Source: Blepharisma stoltei ATCC 30299
Taxonomy: Eukaryota; Protista; Ciliophora
Direction: 5' to 3'
Assembly: GCA_965603825.1 (NCBI GenBank)
Contig: CBFDEM010000062.1
Location: 310,001-374,000, forward strand
Length of the DNA: 64,000 nt
Shown one piece after another: positions 44,891 through 57,354 of this stretch. A program made the position numbers and the translations under genes. Positions within the stretch are counted from its first letter, which is position 1. Each line of letters opens with the position of its first letter. Below the pieces are notes generated by a model, which was given only the letters and a program-made list of their open reading frames with translations, made no database searches and was not told where the DNA came from.

Positions 44891-46429
44891 ATGTCTATTT
44901 TAGAAAAATCATATCAAAATAAGGCTCTCAATACTGAGTCAGAAACTCCATCCCATTTTCGACAAGAAAGTCTAGATTCTAATTTAGTCAGACAAGCCTG
45001 CAGAAGAAGATCTTTAAATGAAAATTTGCCACCTTTGCAGCCTTATTATTATGACTTCGATGGAAATATGTGTGTAAATCCCTTGCCTTATAAGCTAACT
45101 TCTACAACAAGAACCTCTGAGCCTCTGAAGTATAGATCTGATTCAGTAAGACTAAAGCGACATTCTGAAACTCCCAAAGCTAACAACACTATAAAAAAAT
45201 TCAAACCAAATTTGATGAAATTAACTGAAATTAAACAATTGGAAGACACAATGTGATACAGAGAAATCTATGTCATCAAAGATGGGACAAAAATTGAGAA
45301 CTCCCAAGAAGTCTTTGGTTTCAAATATAAAATTAATTGTGATTCATATGTAAACAGATTTCAGAAAGCATTAGAATTGGATGCGTTTTTCAATTATTGC
45401 CAGAAATATTTCAAGTCAAATCAAAAATTTAAATTTCTTTTTTCAGCAGATGGAAAATTGCTTCAAAATTTAGCTGAGATACCTCCTCATGCGAAGCTTG
45501 TTTTTGTAGGAGCATCTCCAGTGTTTTCGGGACTTGTTGAAGAGTACATAACGACAGAGTTTTCAGTAGAAACATCGTCAATGCCGAGAATAACAATTGA
45601 AGATTTTGAGAGGACTTTTACTAGTATGGGGTCAAGGTCTTCTAAAAGAAGAACCAACATGAGCTTAGATTTTTCTGAGCAGGCTGCAAATAAAAAAGTC
45701 ACACTATTCAAACTGAGAAATAAAGCTGTTGCTAAAAAGCCTTTGGAAATCCAAAAGCATAGAATAGCTAAAAAATTCGACAAAACTGACTATTTAACTC
45801 AGCTTAAAAAAAGACTTGCAGAAGTCACAGTAAAAATAGATAAAACAATCCCAAAGCTAAGAGAGCAAAATATTGAAGAAATTACAGAAAAATACGAATT
45901 TTCCGAATCAGATTTGCACAAGGTTTATGCCCAATATAAAACATTTTTACTTCTTTCTGTTGCCCAAGATCCTTACCATGATATAAATAAAGGGATTAAA
46001 AAAGACACTTTTATAGAAATCCTGAAACATAAATCTCAGCAAGACATTAAACTAGTTGAGCAGATCTTTAAATCAGTTGACTCAAACGCAAATGGATTCA
46101 TAGATTGAGAAGAATATTTAAAAGCAATGAGCGTCATGTCATTTGGAAACCTATCCCAACAAATTGATATGATGTTTAGTATTCAAGGTACCTCAGGAAT
46201 GCTATCTTTTAAAGATATAAAGCAATTATGCAACACGAAACTACAATTTGCGAGTCAAGATGAAATTAGTGACTACTTATCTGAAAGTTTTGCAAAAATT
46301 ATTTATGATCTGGCAAAGGTTGATACAAATCAATCAATTTCAAGTGAACAGCTGAAAAATATTCTTGGGCAGAGAAAGGAAATAGGGTTAATGCGAATGT
46401 TCTGCTCTTTTGATTTTCTTAATATATAG
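44891..46429 (+). CDS. Doublecortin-like plus EF-hand protein, 512 aa
   Basis: Three ORFs joined through TGA 45254 and 46106. 'LFSADGKLLQNLAEIP...FVGASPVF' is DCX-like; 'DSNANGFID-W-EEY' is an EF-hand. Stop TAG. Confidence 0.65.
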
Positions 46430-46456
46430 CATAATTATAAAATTGCATTTCTAAAA

Positions 46457-46978
46457 ATGGATGTTGAAAAGGTAAGAGAGCTTTTGGAGCAAAAGGAAAA
46501 GTATTTAAGAGAGTTAGCAGTCAAGCTCTCTGGGCATATACAAGAATTAAGTCAAGTCGATGAAAAAATTTCGACCTTAGAAGAAAAAATACAGCTAAAA
46601 AATAAAAAGTTAAAACACAAAGAATCACAAATTGAACAAGAAATGAAAGACAAAGAAATAATTATTACTAGAATCAAAGGCCTTGAAGAGTTATTAGGAT
46701 CTCCAAACGGATCTCCTTCTCTTACACGATCAAAAACGTCTTCTAAAGTAAAAACTGCTACCAATGCAAATTATATCCAGTTTTATACAAAACTAAAAAA
46801 TGAAATTGAAACAAATCCTTCTACTACTTCAGAAGCACCTGCAAAAGTAGAAGAAAAAAAGGATGCTATTGAAATAGAAATGGGAAATGCAAGCTCTATT
46901 ATCGAAGAGGAAGTTGATATATCAAAAGAGCTTGAAGCATTAGGCCTTGGAGATCTTGTTAAAAAATACAATAAGTAA
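46457..46978 (+). CDS. Hypothetical coiled-coil protein
   Basis: 173-aa ORF with an N-terminal coiled coil. Confidence 0.7.
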   Translation: MDVEKVRELLEQKEKYLRELAVKLSGHIQELSQVDEKISTLEEKIQLKNKKLKHKESQIEQEMKDKEIIITRIKGLEELLGSPNGSPSLTRSKTSSKVKTATNANYIQFYTKLKNEIETNPSTTSEAPAKVEEKKDAIEIEMGNASSIIEEEVDISKELEALGLGDLVKKYNK

Positions 46979-47194
46979 TATAAATTGCTAAAATTTTGAA
47001 TGAAAATCTTCAGCTTTAGACAACTCATTTTAAGTGCAGAAATTTAAATGGAAATTTAGCTAATAAAGTTGCTGAATCTATCTAAATTATTACAAGATTA
47101 CTATGTTTTTTATATAATTGATTTCAGTTAATTTCTATTGATATAAATCAAAGCAAATTGCGACAATTCCGCCATTTTAATAATAATTATCCTG

Positions 47195-47488
47195 ATGTCT
47201 AGAAGAATAGTTCCTCTTCTCAATAGAATTATTATTCAGAAAGCAGAAATCCCTAACAAGACAGCTGGAGGAATTCTTTTGCCTGAAACAAAGGATAAAG
47301 ACACTCAAGTTGGGACTGTAATTGCAGCAGGCCCTGGAGCAATGTTCGAAAATGGAAGAACACGTGAGACAATAGTAAGACAAGGGCAAAGTGTTTTGCT
47401 TCCATCATATAGTGGCCAAGAAGTTGACATTGATAATGAGAAGTTCTACATCTATAAAGACACAGAAATTCTGGCTATACTTGAATAA
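47195..47488 (+). CDS. HSPE1: Mitochondrial chaperonin 10 (Hsp10)
   Basis: PLLNRII, KTAGGILLPE, GTVIAAGPG, ILAILE. Confidence 0.92.
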   Translation: MSRRIVPLLNRIIIQKAEIPNKTAGGILLPETKDKDTQVGTVIAAGPGAMFENGRTRETIVRQGQSVLLPSYSGQEVDIDNEKFYIYKDTEILAILE

Positions 47489-47657
47489 GTAAATAATAGA
47501 ATATTCTAAAAGAAACATAAGAAGAGCTTTACTTCATTGCATCTATGGTTAATTTAGCTTTTAAAAGCATAGAGGGCCTCATTATAATACACAAGTTAAT
47601 CAGAAATTAAAATTGCTAAACGCCCTTTATTTTAGAAATGATACAAATAATTTATCA

Positions 47658-48242
47658 CTATAATAACCTTGCATTAATATTACTTCTTATATGTCTCTCA
47701 TTCTTTAACTTTGCGATTACATCCTTAGGCGACATTAATCATAGCCAATTATTATGACTTAGCCTATCACACAAATTTTTAATAGGCAAAACAATGCAAT
47801 GTAGATGAAGATGATCAATGCTATTTCTAGGAGGCACATGAAAACCAAAATAATACTGTTCGCCTGGCTTTCTTTCTTTAAGTAATCTTAATCCTATTTC
47901 TCACATTCTTTCTATTAGAGCTATATGGCTTTCGTTTAAATCATTTATATTTTTGATATGAAATTTAGGAACAACCTGGATATAGTCTTTTCCTAGTGGC
48001 TTTCTATCTAAAAAAGCAGCTAAAAGATCATCTTCGTATATTAGGGATTCTGATGTGTTTGCAAGCTTGCAAAAAACACATTGGCCATCTTCTCCGTATG
48101 TTTTGTGTTTGAGCTCATATTGTTTATCCTTAGCTGGCACATGCAAAGCTAAAAGCAAGGTCGGACTTAGAGTCAAATAAACTCGGTGTTTTAAGAAAGC
48201 AGTTAAAGAAGTAATTCATTCATTTCACTTGTATCTTTTCAT
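47658..48242 (-). CDS. HINT3: HIT-family hydrolase, HINT3-like, 194 aa
   Basis: CVFCK; GFHVPPRNSIDHLHLH, reached through TGA 47901. ATG 48242; stop TAG 47658-47660. Confidence 0.8.
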
Positions 48243-48448
48243 TTATAATAGTTAACATCAGTAATGGCAGCTTAAATAAATTGATAGTTAACTTTTCTTG
48301 AGATAGTAAAAATTTTAATCTATAAGAGGAAATTTTTAATTTAACATTTCATTTTTTGCTTGATAGAGATATTAGCTTCAATACAAAGAAATATCTATAT
48401 GAAAAAATTATTTAAACTAATGACTTTAATAACCTGAAATTATTAGGG

Positions 48449-49588
48449 TTATCTTGCATCATGCTTTTCCTTGAGAGCATATATTTTTGATCTCAAAGAG
48501 TCCACATAATCTTGTGATACTAAAGGTTTAATTCGTTTAGGCAAAATTTTGCACATTTCCAGCCTCTGCTTAAAATTTTCAATTTCTTGGTCAAAACTGG
48601 GATTTTCATGGCTTTCATTTTTAGGTGACCTTGAGGTCGCTGCTGTTGATGCTTTTGATTTTTTACTTTTTCGAGTCTTTTTTTTGTTATCAGTGATTTC
48701 CTCCCCGTTTATATATTTAACAAGCTCATCAAGAGACATAGTGTGCAACGGATCTGCTTGGTTTTCTCCTTCAAAGCTACTAAATGAGTCATCTGAAGGG
48801 ATATTGCACATTGTTCCTGACGCATTCATAAAATCTCTTGTAGAAATCGTCGCCGGTGTAGCTAAAGTAAAGGTGCTTGCTGCACATCTTGACTCTTTCT
48901 CCATCTTCTGTATCAATGGGACTACAAAATGCCTGGAGTCCTGATTTTTAATATGTTCTATTAGCGGAGCTGAGCCTTTTACGATTCTTTCATAGAAGAG
49001 CAGCTTGTTCATGTTTTCGAAAGTAAGTTCTCGGTCTTCGAAGAGACAGCTTACGATTTTTCCAATTTCATTGGATGCATTTTGAAGTGTGTGGTAGGCT
49101 TCCACTAGGGAAATAGCCTGAAGCATTTTGCTCTTGCCAATGAGTTCAATGAGCTGGCCGTTGAGAGAGTCGACGAAGGAGTGAACTGACTCGTACAAGC
49201 AGTTGTGGAGCTCTCGGATGCCAGCAGAGTGGTTTACTAGGTGCTTTAATGCTTCTCTAAGTTTCAATTTGAAAGCTTGATCAATGACTAGGTTGTAGCT
49301 TTGCCGTTGTTCCAGTGGATTTTTGGAGGAAAGTCGTTTTTTCTTTTTAGCAATGTAGTCGTTTAGGTACTCACCATAAATTTGTGTGATTGAATTAATG
49401 ATTTCTCCCCTCAGGCTTTCTGCACTTCCTTGATTAAAAAATTTGAAAGTCTCTATTGGTACCTCAGAAACTCTGAGTAGCGAAAAATCATTAGGATTTT
49501 CGCGTGATATCAAGCTTGGGGTATTTGGACGAGAGCTACTCAGTACATTTTTTGTTGCCTTAGATTTTTGCTTATTCCGCTTAGACAT
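48449..49588 (-). CDS. Hypothetical protein with C-terminal 'SLDELVKYIN...DQEIENFKQRL' motifs (weakly FAM193-C-like)
   Basis: Uninterrupted 379-aa ORF. The family hint is weak. Confidence 0.7.
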   Translation of the reverse strand: MSKRNKQKSKATKNVLSSSRPNTPSLISRENPNDFSLLRVSEVPIETFKFFNQGSAESLRGEIINSITQIYGEYLNDYIAKKKKRLSSKNPLEQRQSYNLVIDQAFKLKLREALKHLVNHSAGIRELHNCLYESVHSFVDSLNGQLIELIGKSKMLQAISLVEAYHTLQNASNEIGKIVSCLFEDRELTFENMNKLLFYERIVKGSAPLIEHIKNQDSRHFVVPLIQKMEKESRCAASTFTLATPATISTRDFMNASGTMCNIPSDDSFSSFEGENQADPLHTMSLDELVKYINGEEITDNKKKTRKSKKSKASTAATSRSPKNESHENPSFDQEIENFKQRLEMCKILPKRIKPLVSQDYVDSLRSKIYALKEKHDAR

Positions 49589-49686
49589 TTTTATTGCATG
49601 GATCAGTTGGAGCTTTTATGAAAAGTTTTATAACAAATACGTTGCTTATTAAACTAAAAATAAGATAAATTTTAGAAATCTTCATT

Positions 49687-51672
49687 TTATAAATATGAAA
49701 ACAATGATTGCGTTATTTTTAATTTTGGGTATCTTGATTTTAGCTTTAAAACGCTATTTGATTGCATAGGATTATCATCTAGACGTAAAGTCTTAAGAGA
49801 ATGAGGGATAGAACTTTCTAGATACTGGACTCCGACATCTCCAATTTTTGTGTTTTCTAAATAAAGCTGTCTTAGCTTGGTGAGTTTTAGTAAAGATTCA
49901 CAAAGAAATCTCATTCCTAAATCCCCAATTGGATTTCCAGAGAGAGAAAGAACAGTTAAAGATTTAGGCAATGATGAAGCTATGCTCTCCATGCCTTCAT
50001 ACCCTATTGAATTATCCCCAAGAAATAGCTCTTCTAAGTGATCCAAAAGCAGAAAATTTTTTACAAGTGCTGAAGCTCCTTCGTCACCAAAATTATTATC
50101 TCATAGCCTTAAGATTTTTAATTTTTCTAGCTTTGGGAATGATTTCGCTAATAAAGCTGCTCCTTCAGGGCCAATTTTATTTTCCCCTAACGACAATGTT
50201 TCTAAATCTGGCAACTTCGAAAGCCCTAAATTCAGCATACGTATCCCTTGGTCTCCTAAATTACAGCTGCTGAGCTCCAATGTATTTAATTTTGGAAGGT
50301 GCCCTAAAAATACTCCTAAATGTTGAGCTTCGATAGGCAGTAGCAATTCTGAATATTTATAAAACTTTATTTCCTCATCACTCGTTATTCTTTCATATAG
50401 AGAAGCAAGCTCATCTGGCAAAATATGCTGGGAGGCATAAAATCTAAGCTGATCTTGAGGGCTTAATGGAGGACATTCCAAGGTGGCTTCAGTTTCTTGA
50501 TTCATGTAGGTATAGAGTTCTTCACTTAAGGACATTTTTAGAACTGAATTATCCTCAGTTGTCAATCTATCACTTGTTTTTGACTCGCATATTGATATCT
50601 CAGTTATCGAAGTAGAGTGAATATCAGCTGCAGAAGACTCAGTAGGAATAGGGTCTTCGGAGTCTGAAAATTCTAAATTTTCCATTCATGATCTAAGCTC
50701 CAAGAAATCCATGCGGCCTTCTTCTTCAACCTCAAGCATAGCTTCTAATAGCTCTTTGATTTTTGAAGAAAACCTTAAAGATCTAATCGCATTTTTAATT
50801 CTGCGCCTTAAACCGACATTTCCTCCAATATTTGAATTTAAGCCTACTGGAGGACTTAAAGACGCCATATAAAGGAAAGTCAGACCTAAAGAATAGACAT
50901 CAGATTTATATGGATTGTGGTGGACTGTTGCTGTTAGATTTTTGCCTTCAAAAATATCTATATAGGCTTGCTTTAAAATCGGACTCAAGTACAGTACAGT
51001 TCCTACCACATCCAATATCTGTGCTCCTAATAAATCATCTTCTTGAATGCTTAGCCCAAAATCTGCAAGTTTCAGCACGTTTTCTGGAAATACCAAAATA
51101 TTGGCAGGCTTAATATCTCTATGTGTCAAATTATTTTCTTGCATCACTGTTAAAGCATCAATAATGCTCGAAAAATGCCTCCAGAGTTCAGCTTCATCTC
51201 AAGGATCATTACTAACCGCCCTTCCTCTGATTTCTTCTTCAAGGTCTCTTAGCCCATATTCCAAAATGATTACAAATTTATACCCGTTTTCATAAGTTTC
51301 ATCGACTCATGATTTTATGCATCTGCAAATATTTGTGTGTCTGATTGAGCGTTGCAATGTGGCCTCTTCTTGCTTGCGATTTAAACATTTAAAATCCTTG
51401 AAATACTGCATTTTGATGCATACACCTTTTTCTCCGAAATATCCATCATAGACATCTGTCGTGCCGTCAGGTTTTGAATAAGTTAAACGATGCAAAATAA
51501 GCTGGTGTTTTAAATCTGGCTGGGGATGAAGGTGAACTGCTGAGTGAGTGGGAGTTGAAGTTTCTTGCATGTGTTTTGAGAAACAGATGTGGCAATAAGT
51601 TTTATTTGTGCAGGCACATGCAAATTCAGATTTTCGGAAGCAGAGGGTGCCTTGGCAAGTTGCGTTTCCCAT
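49687..51672 (-). CDS. B-box-like zinc finger, protein kinase and RI-type LRR protein, 661 aa
   Basis: Four ORFs in one frame, joined through TGA at 51307, 51198, 50686 and 50101. HRDIKPAN, DFG and KSDVYSLG; 28-residue LxxLxLxxNxIGxxG repeats. Confidence 0.8.
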
Positions 51673-52288
51673 TTAATCTAATATTATCACTTTTATATGA
51701 TAATAAAGTAATTAAACGATAGTAGTGTTAGTAATGAAACATTTTTGAAAAAGAATCAAATTATCATATCCTTATGATTCGTTTTATTAAGCATGTGAAA
51801 ATTATGAAATGCGCACAATTAATTTGGATTATGAATCTACTTATATTTAAATACTAAAATTTTTGAAGTGCTTCTGATTTCCCTCTTTAAACTGGATCAA
51901 AAATTCCGTCTTAATTACTGAATTATTTTTTGATAAAAAATATTAATTTTTTTCCAAGTGAAAAACAGTTTATTAACTATTTGAAATTCTATATTTACTT
52001 AGATAAAACTCTTCTTATATTTTCTCTTAAAATAGGGCAAGATAAATGTAAATTTTTATTTTGATGTAAATTAGCCTAGATTAATTCAATTATGTTTTCA
52101 CTATATAAAGGGGTTTAATTAACAGGGGAGGAACGAAGTAATTCTTTTGTAAGTATTAAAAGTATCATTTGATTAAATATTAGCCATAATCTTTTGAACA
52201 TATTAGTTTTAATTTTATTTTTGGTAATCAGATAATAAAAAATATTTAAAATAAAGAATATTTCTCCATAATTTCACAAATTAAAATA

Positions 52289-53623
52289 TTAAAAAGAGTT
52301 TATGCTTTCAGAGTTTTCTCGAATCTTTTGCGCTATTTTTTCGACGGCTTCTGCTAAGAAAAAACTATTATTTCGTTCTAGTTCGCTCAATAAGGGCAGA
52401 CCAAGAAGCTTTTGCAGTTCTATAATTGGAGAAAAATATTGATTTTCACTTTTTTTATGCATCTCAACTAAATTTTCTGATATTTGCAAAAGTTCATTCC
52501 TCTGGAGAATTATGGGATTTCTTTGGTATTCTCTTGAAAATCCTCAATTTTGCATTTTTTCGAGACTAATTATTAGATGTGAACTTAGGATTGGACAAGT
52601 TTCCTTAATCAATGCTTGAATTAGTTTTCCAAATTCACCTTTAAATTTCGGCTGATATTTTTCGAGAATGCTTGCACTGCTTAGATTTTCCAAAGCTAAA
52701 ATAATAGAATTCAGAAATTCTTTACTCTTGAATTTAGCTAGATTTGTGATGCATAGATTTAGAGTGGCAAATACTGCCTTCAAAACTTCAAAATCGCTAA
52801 GAGAACTCTGTAATGCACTTAATTGGCAGTATTTAATTATTGCACAACAATCCATTTCAGTTAATTCTTTATGAGAGCTAGTTACTCATATTTTTGAAAC
52901 AAACACTTTAAAAAGCTCAACAGCAAGCTCATCATAGCTGTTTCCAAGTAATGTGCAATAAATAATGTGCAATTCAGAAGGTGATTCTTCATTAATCAAA
53001 TCTCTCACTTGATAGCTGAGTTCTCCATTTTCCCCAATATTGCAAGCAAGCAAAATAGCTAATTTTCAATTTTGTAGCCGAATTTCTCCCAAAATTTTTT
53101 CTTTTAGCTCAACTTGGCTGAAAGCAATCAGCCTTAGATATCTTGTCACTCCTATGTGATCATAAGATTGCATCTCTTTAACTTCATTTCAAATTGATAA
53201 GATAATTGCAGAAACCCTTTCCTCTTCAAGTATTGCTAAAGCTTGCATCAAAATAGTAAGCGCAAAATTGCTTATAATAGTTGATGGACCATTTAAGAAC
53301 TCAAATAATCTTTTCTCAAATTCTATATATAAATTTGGAAAAATTTCTATCAATTTATTCAATAAAATTTGAGAAAAGAGGCAAAAAGATTCTATTTCAA
53401 TAAATAGCTGCTGCTGAAATTGTTTTGAATTTCTCATTGTTTCGTAAAAAACAGTCATAAATTGAGACATTAAAGCATAGTGCTGATTATTAAGTTTGGT
53501 AACAAATTCATGAAGGATTCCTGGGCCTTCTATTAGCATTTTCGAAAAAATTGGTTGAAGATCTTGTAAGGATAAAGTTAGATCATCTGGACTGAGATTT
53601 AATAAATTGAAGCTTTCTTGCAT
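52289..53623 (-). CDS. Hypothetical alpha-helical protein, 444 aa
   Basis: Three ORFs in one frame, joined through four TGA codons. Leu-rich and helical; no family recognised. Confidence 0.7.
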
Positions 53624-53679
53624 ACCGCCTTTTTAATTAAATTATATGGAGATCTATTTTATCTGAATATTATATATGA

Positions 53680-54600
53680 TTATTGTTTAATAAGCCTAAG
53701 CTTTATAATTAATGGCATAAATAGCTGCAGCAGAGCAGTGACAAGCTGATAAGGCACAAAGCCTAATGTATATGATATAATGGCATGCTTTCAGTGCCCA
53801 TAGTTTATCCCTGCATGTAGATTTTTTAATAAATTAGTTGTGAACTCATCGACATTGACAACTATTAGAGGCAAATCTTGAAGATCCACATCTTTCAATA
53901 AATTTGTTGCAACAGTGCCTGGCTTAACTGTAACGAAATCAATAAAATCTTTATACTCATAACTCAAAGCTTCGCTTAAAAAATGATTATATTGCTTTGT
54001 TGCTGAGTAAACAGCTGCTCCAGGAACGATATATTCTTCTATAAGAGATGAGAAATTAATGACTAGACTTTTAGTGCGCAGTTCTTTATATCTTTTTGCG
54101 AAAATTGGGATTAAATAATATGAGATTAAGGTCTGAGGATATATGTTTGTATTAATCATTTCTTCGATTTCTGTCATTTCTTGGTTACTCAAGAAGCTGA
54201 AGCGGGCGACTCCTACATTATTGATCAGAATTGAAACATTGAAGACTTTGAGCTTCTCTATCAATTCTCTGTAAAATATTTCTTGGTCATCTTGAGAATT
54301 CTTGAAATCGGAAACAATATACCTTACATCCAAATTTCCAGTTCTTTTAATAATTTCTTCTGATACAACTTTTAGCTTTTCGGGATTTCTTCCAATTAAA
54401 ATTACTTTAAATCCTTGCTCAGCAAATCTTCAGGCTAAAGATTTTCCTATTCCATCAGATGCACCTGTAATTACAACTCATCCGTATTTATAATCGTCAA
54501 TATTTATTTTCCGCCAGATTCTAAAATAGCTCTCTTTGAGCAAGAAATAAACGATTTTAATTGCTCCAACTCATACAAGAAAGCCCCAGATTGAAAACAT
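53680..54600 (-). CDS. HSD17B12: Very-long-chain 3-oxoacyl-CoA reductase/17-beta-HSD-type SDR, 306 aa
   Basis: N-terminal TM; YG-W(TGA 54478)-VVITGASDGIG, LINNVG, YSATK and GH-W-KH. Confidence 0.85.
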
Positions 54601-54632
54601 ATTTTTAATTAGTTTTACTAGGCTTTACCATA

Positions 54633-55466
54633 TTACTTAATAGGGTTTGCCACATTGAAAACTTTAGCACCTTCACTGTAGTCTTTAGTAGGGTCCCTTT
54701 CACACTCTGGAGGGAAGACTCTTCTCTTTTCCTCATAATACTTGTCTCTCCAAGACCCATGTGATAGAGGGTTATAAGTAAGATACAAGTTTCTTCTTGT
54801 AGATGCGGATGTGTTCACATCACTTCTGTGTGGAGCATAGCTGTCAAAAAAGACCAAGTCACCGCCATGGGCATCAAGAGGAATCCAGTTAAGCTTGGCC
54901 TCAATGTCTGTGCGGAGTGAGCCGTCGGAGTTTTGAGGAAGAATTTCGGCCGGAATGTGATGCTGGCGAACGAAATCAAGACCTCCTGATTGTCTGGTGT
55001 TGGCGTCAATTGGGAGTAAGACGGTCAACAGTTTCTTGCAACCGAAGCTTACGAAGGCTGGCTGATCTTGGTGAGCAGCGAAGCCGCTTCCTTGTGGAAA
55101 CTTGAAGTTAATTTTTTCTTTATAGATGACAGCTTGTTCTCCAAACAAGTCAGAACTCATATCGGTAACCATCCCGTAGGAGATCTCTCTGAGTTCAGGG
55201 AAAAATGGAAGGAAGTTCTCGACACGACACAAAAGTCGTTGTCCTTTAGTAACTTCGAAGTATTTCATCCATTTCCCTGGAGTCTCTGGGAGATCCTCCA
55301 TTTCTCTCGCCCACTTTTGTAGGTTGTCGGTGATAGATCTTGGTAGGACTTGTTTAGCTACAACGAAGCCTTCTCTGTTATAGAAGTCTATTTGATCTTG
55401 GTTGAAGTATTTTGGTTTGTATGCAGCTCTTTCGGTAGCAAAGTTTCTTAGGATCCTCGACAACAT
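54633..55466 (-). CDS. Phytanoyl-CoA dioxygenase (PhyH)-family Fe/2OG oxygenase, probably mitochondrial
   Basis: KEKINFK...GFAAHQD, GDLVFFDSYAPHRS and RR; N-terminal presequence MLSRILRNF. Confidence 0.88.
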   Translation of the reverse strand: MLSRILRNFATERAAYKPKYFNQDQIDFYNREGFVVAKQVLPRSITDNLQKWAREMEDLPETPGKWMKYFEVTKGQRLLCRVENFLPFFPELREISYGMVTDMSSDLFGEQAVIYKEKINFKFPQGSGFAAHQDQPAFVSFGCKKLLTVLLPIDANTRQSGGLDFVRQHHIPAEILPQNSDGSLRTDIEAKLNWIPLDAHGGDLVFFDSYAPHRSDVNTSASTRRNLYLTYNPLSHGSWRDKYYEEKRRVFPPECERDPTKDYSEGAKVFNVANPIK

Positions 55467-55654
55467 TTATTTTTATATGATCCATTAAACGCCGTACTGA
55501 TTAGCATAATAGCGTTTTGTTTAATAGCGAATCAATTATTTATGGGTTTATTTTTGAAAAGATATATCAAAATAAAAGTTCAACAGCCAAGACACCATTG
55601 TTTATTATATGGTCAAAAAATAAATATGGATCTAAGAATATCTAAATTTAAGGA

Positions 55655-56962
55655 TTAAAGCTCTTCTACGTAAGTTTTGGAACTTTCATAATAATTTTGC
55701 TCTTTTTTACTTGATTTTTGGTACTTATTCAATACTTTAAGCCGATTTTCGATTATCCTTTGAATTATATGCTGAGTTTCAAGCTCGCTTTCGCTTTGAA
55801 CTTCTTGATAAATTCCAAGGGCTTTTGGAAGCAAATAAGGATCTTCTTCTTGGTCATTATACTCTAAACTTTGTTTTCTCCTTATACTGTGCTCTACATC
55901 AAGTTTAGATATACTTCCTTGGACAACTAATTGGATATTTAGCGATTTCAAAAGGTCCTCAGTTACGTTTCAAGGCGCAGCTATAACAACTTCGTCAACA
56001 TATTTCACAGCAAGAACATTTAGCACTCTTTCATAAAGGTTCATAATCGGGTAATTTGAACCCTTATGCTGGTTGACGGTTAAGTCATCATGAACTCCAA
56101 CAATCAAAAAATCGCCAAGCTCTTTCGCCTTTTTCAAGGTCTCGACGTGGCCTATATGGAATAAGTCAAAAGACCCATCAACATAGACTATTTTCCCTTC
56201 TGGTCTCCGTGTACGATTTGCAAATTCTGATATTCTTCTTGTAGTAGTGATGAAATTTGACTTATGATTGATGTCAGTTGCTGTAAATGGCTCTGAAACA
56301 GATGCTTTGTTTTCCATTGTCATTAAGAGCAGCTTTCCAACGATCATTGTAGTCGAAATTCCTTCAGTTCTTTTAATTATTTTAAATCTGCCAGCCGTTT
56401 TTAACTGAGAATATGCATCGACTCCTTCCTGGTTTAATGCAATGTCATCGCCATGGGCAATGTATCTGCAATTTAAAGAATCAAGCCATTCTTCAGTAGC
56501 ACTATATGGAGCATTTTCTACTACCTCATCTGCCCATTTGCATGCCCTCACCATAGACAAGCGTTCTTGATTAGTCATCACTGGCATGCCTTTGTTTCTC
56601 ATAATTTCTTCATCATTGTGCACTCCTACGACCAAAACCTTCCCAAGCATTTTTGCTTGCCTAATTGCATTAAAATGTCCGCTGTGCATAATGTCCCAGC
56701 AGCCATCAATGTAGATTCTATCAGGATCAGCCCTAACCCTGGATGGAGTTAAGATATCAATAGAACTGTAACTATTTATAAAGCTCATTAATTCTTCAAC
56801 ATATCGATCAAATTCAGCAGTAACCTGCTGAGCCATCAAATGATTAGTAGTAAACATATCCTGCATAAGGGAAATTAGTTGAGGATTTTGATTGAAAAAT
56901 AAGGTAACTTTGCACAATGTCATGAAGAAGTGACGCTTGTCCTCGAAAGAGACTTCCGGCAT
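55655..56962 (-). CDS. PCYT2: Ethanolamine-phosphate cytidylyltransferase, 435 aa
   Basis: Two CT domains (DGCWDIMHSGH and DGSFDLFHIGH), RTEGISTT. Joined through TGA 55970 (AAP-W). Confidence 0.92.
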
Positions 56963-57354
56963 AGAAACTTTATAAATATATTAAAGTTATGGCTAGCATG
57001 TTCTAGGTCTGGCATGTCTAATATCTTCCAATCGCAATTGAATGTTGTAAAAATAATAAAAATAAATCCCTATGTCCAGCATATAGAAAAATAAATATTA
57101 ATCTAAGAAAGTCGAAGTTCAAAGGTTTTGACAAAATTTTATCGACATTTTCAGATAATTAAAAAACAACATAATAAAGTCCACAAGAATGCTTAATAAA
57201 TATATGATAGAAGGCTGCGAGTCATTTTTTAAGTGCAGATGCAAGCTAGCTATTTAAAGTTCTAGCTATTCGTCAGCAGCACCAAAATCAATAATTTTCT
57301 CTGAAATGAAGTTTCGGATTACTATTAGTGAGTTTTATTATGTTAATTCATTTA

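Noticed and set aside
47025-57239. Similar TCATTTT(TT)AAGTGCAGA strings at about 47025 and 57222
   Set aside because: Only two AT-rich copies in different contexts; chance cannot be excluded.
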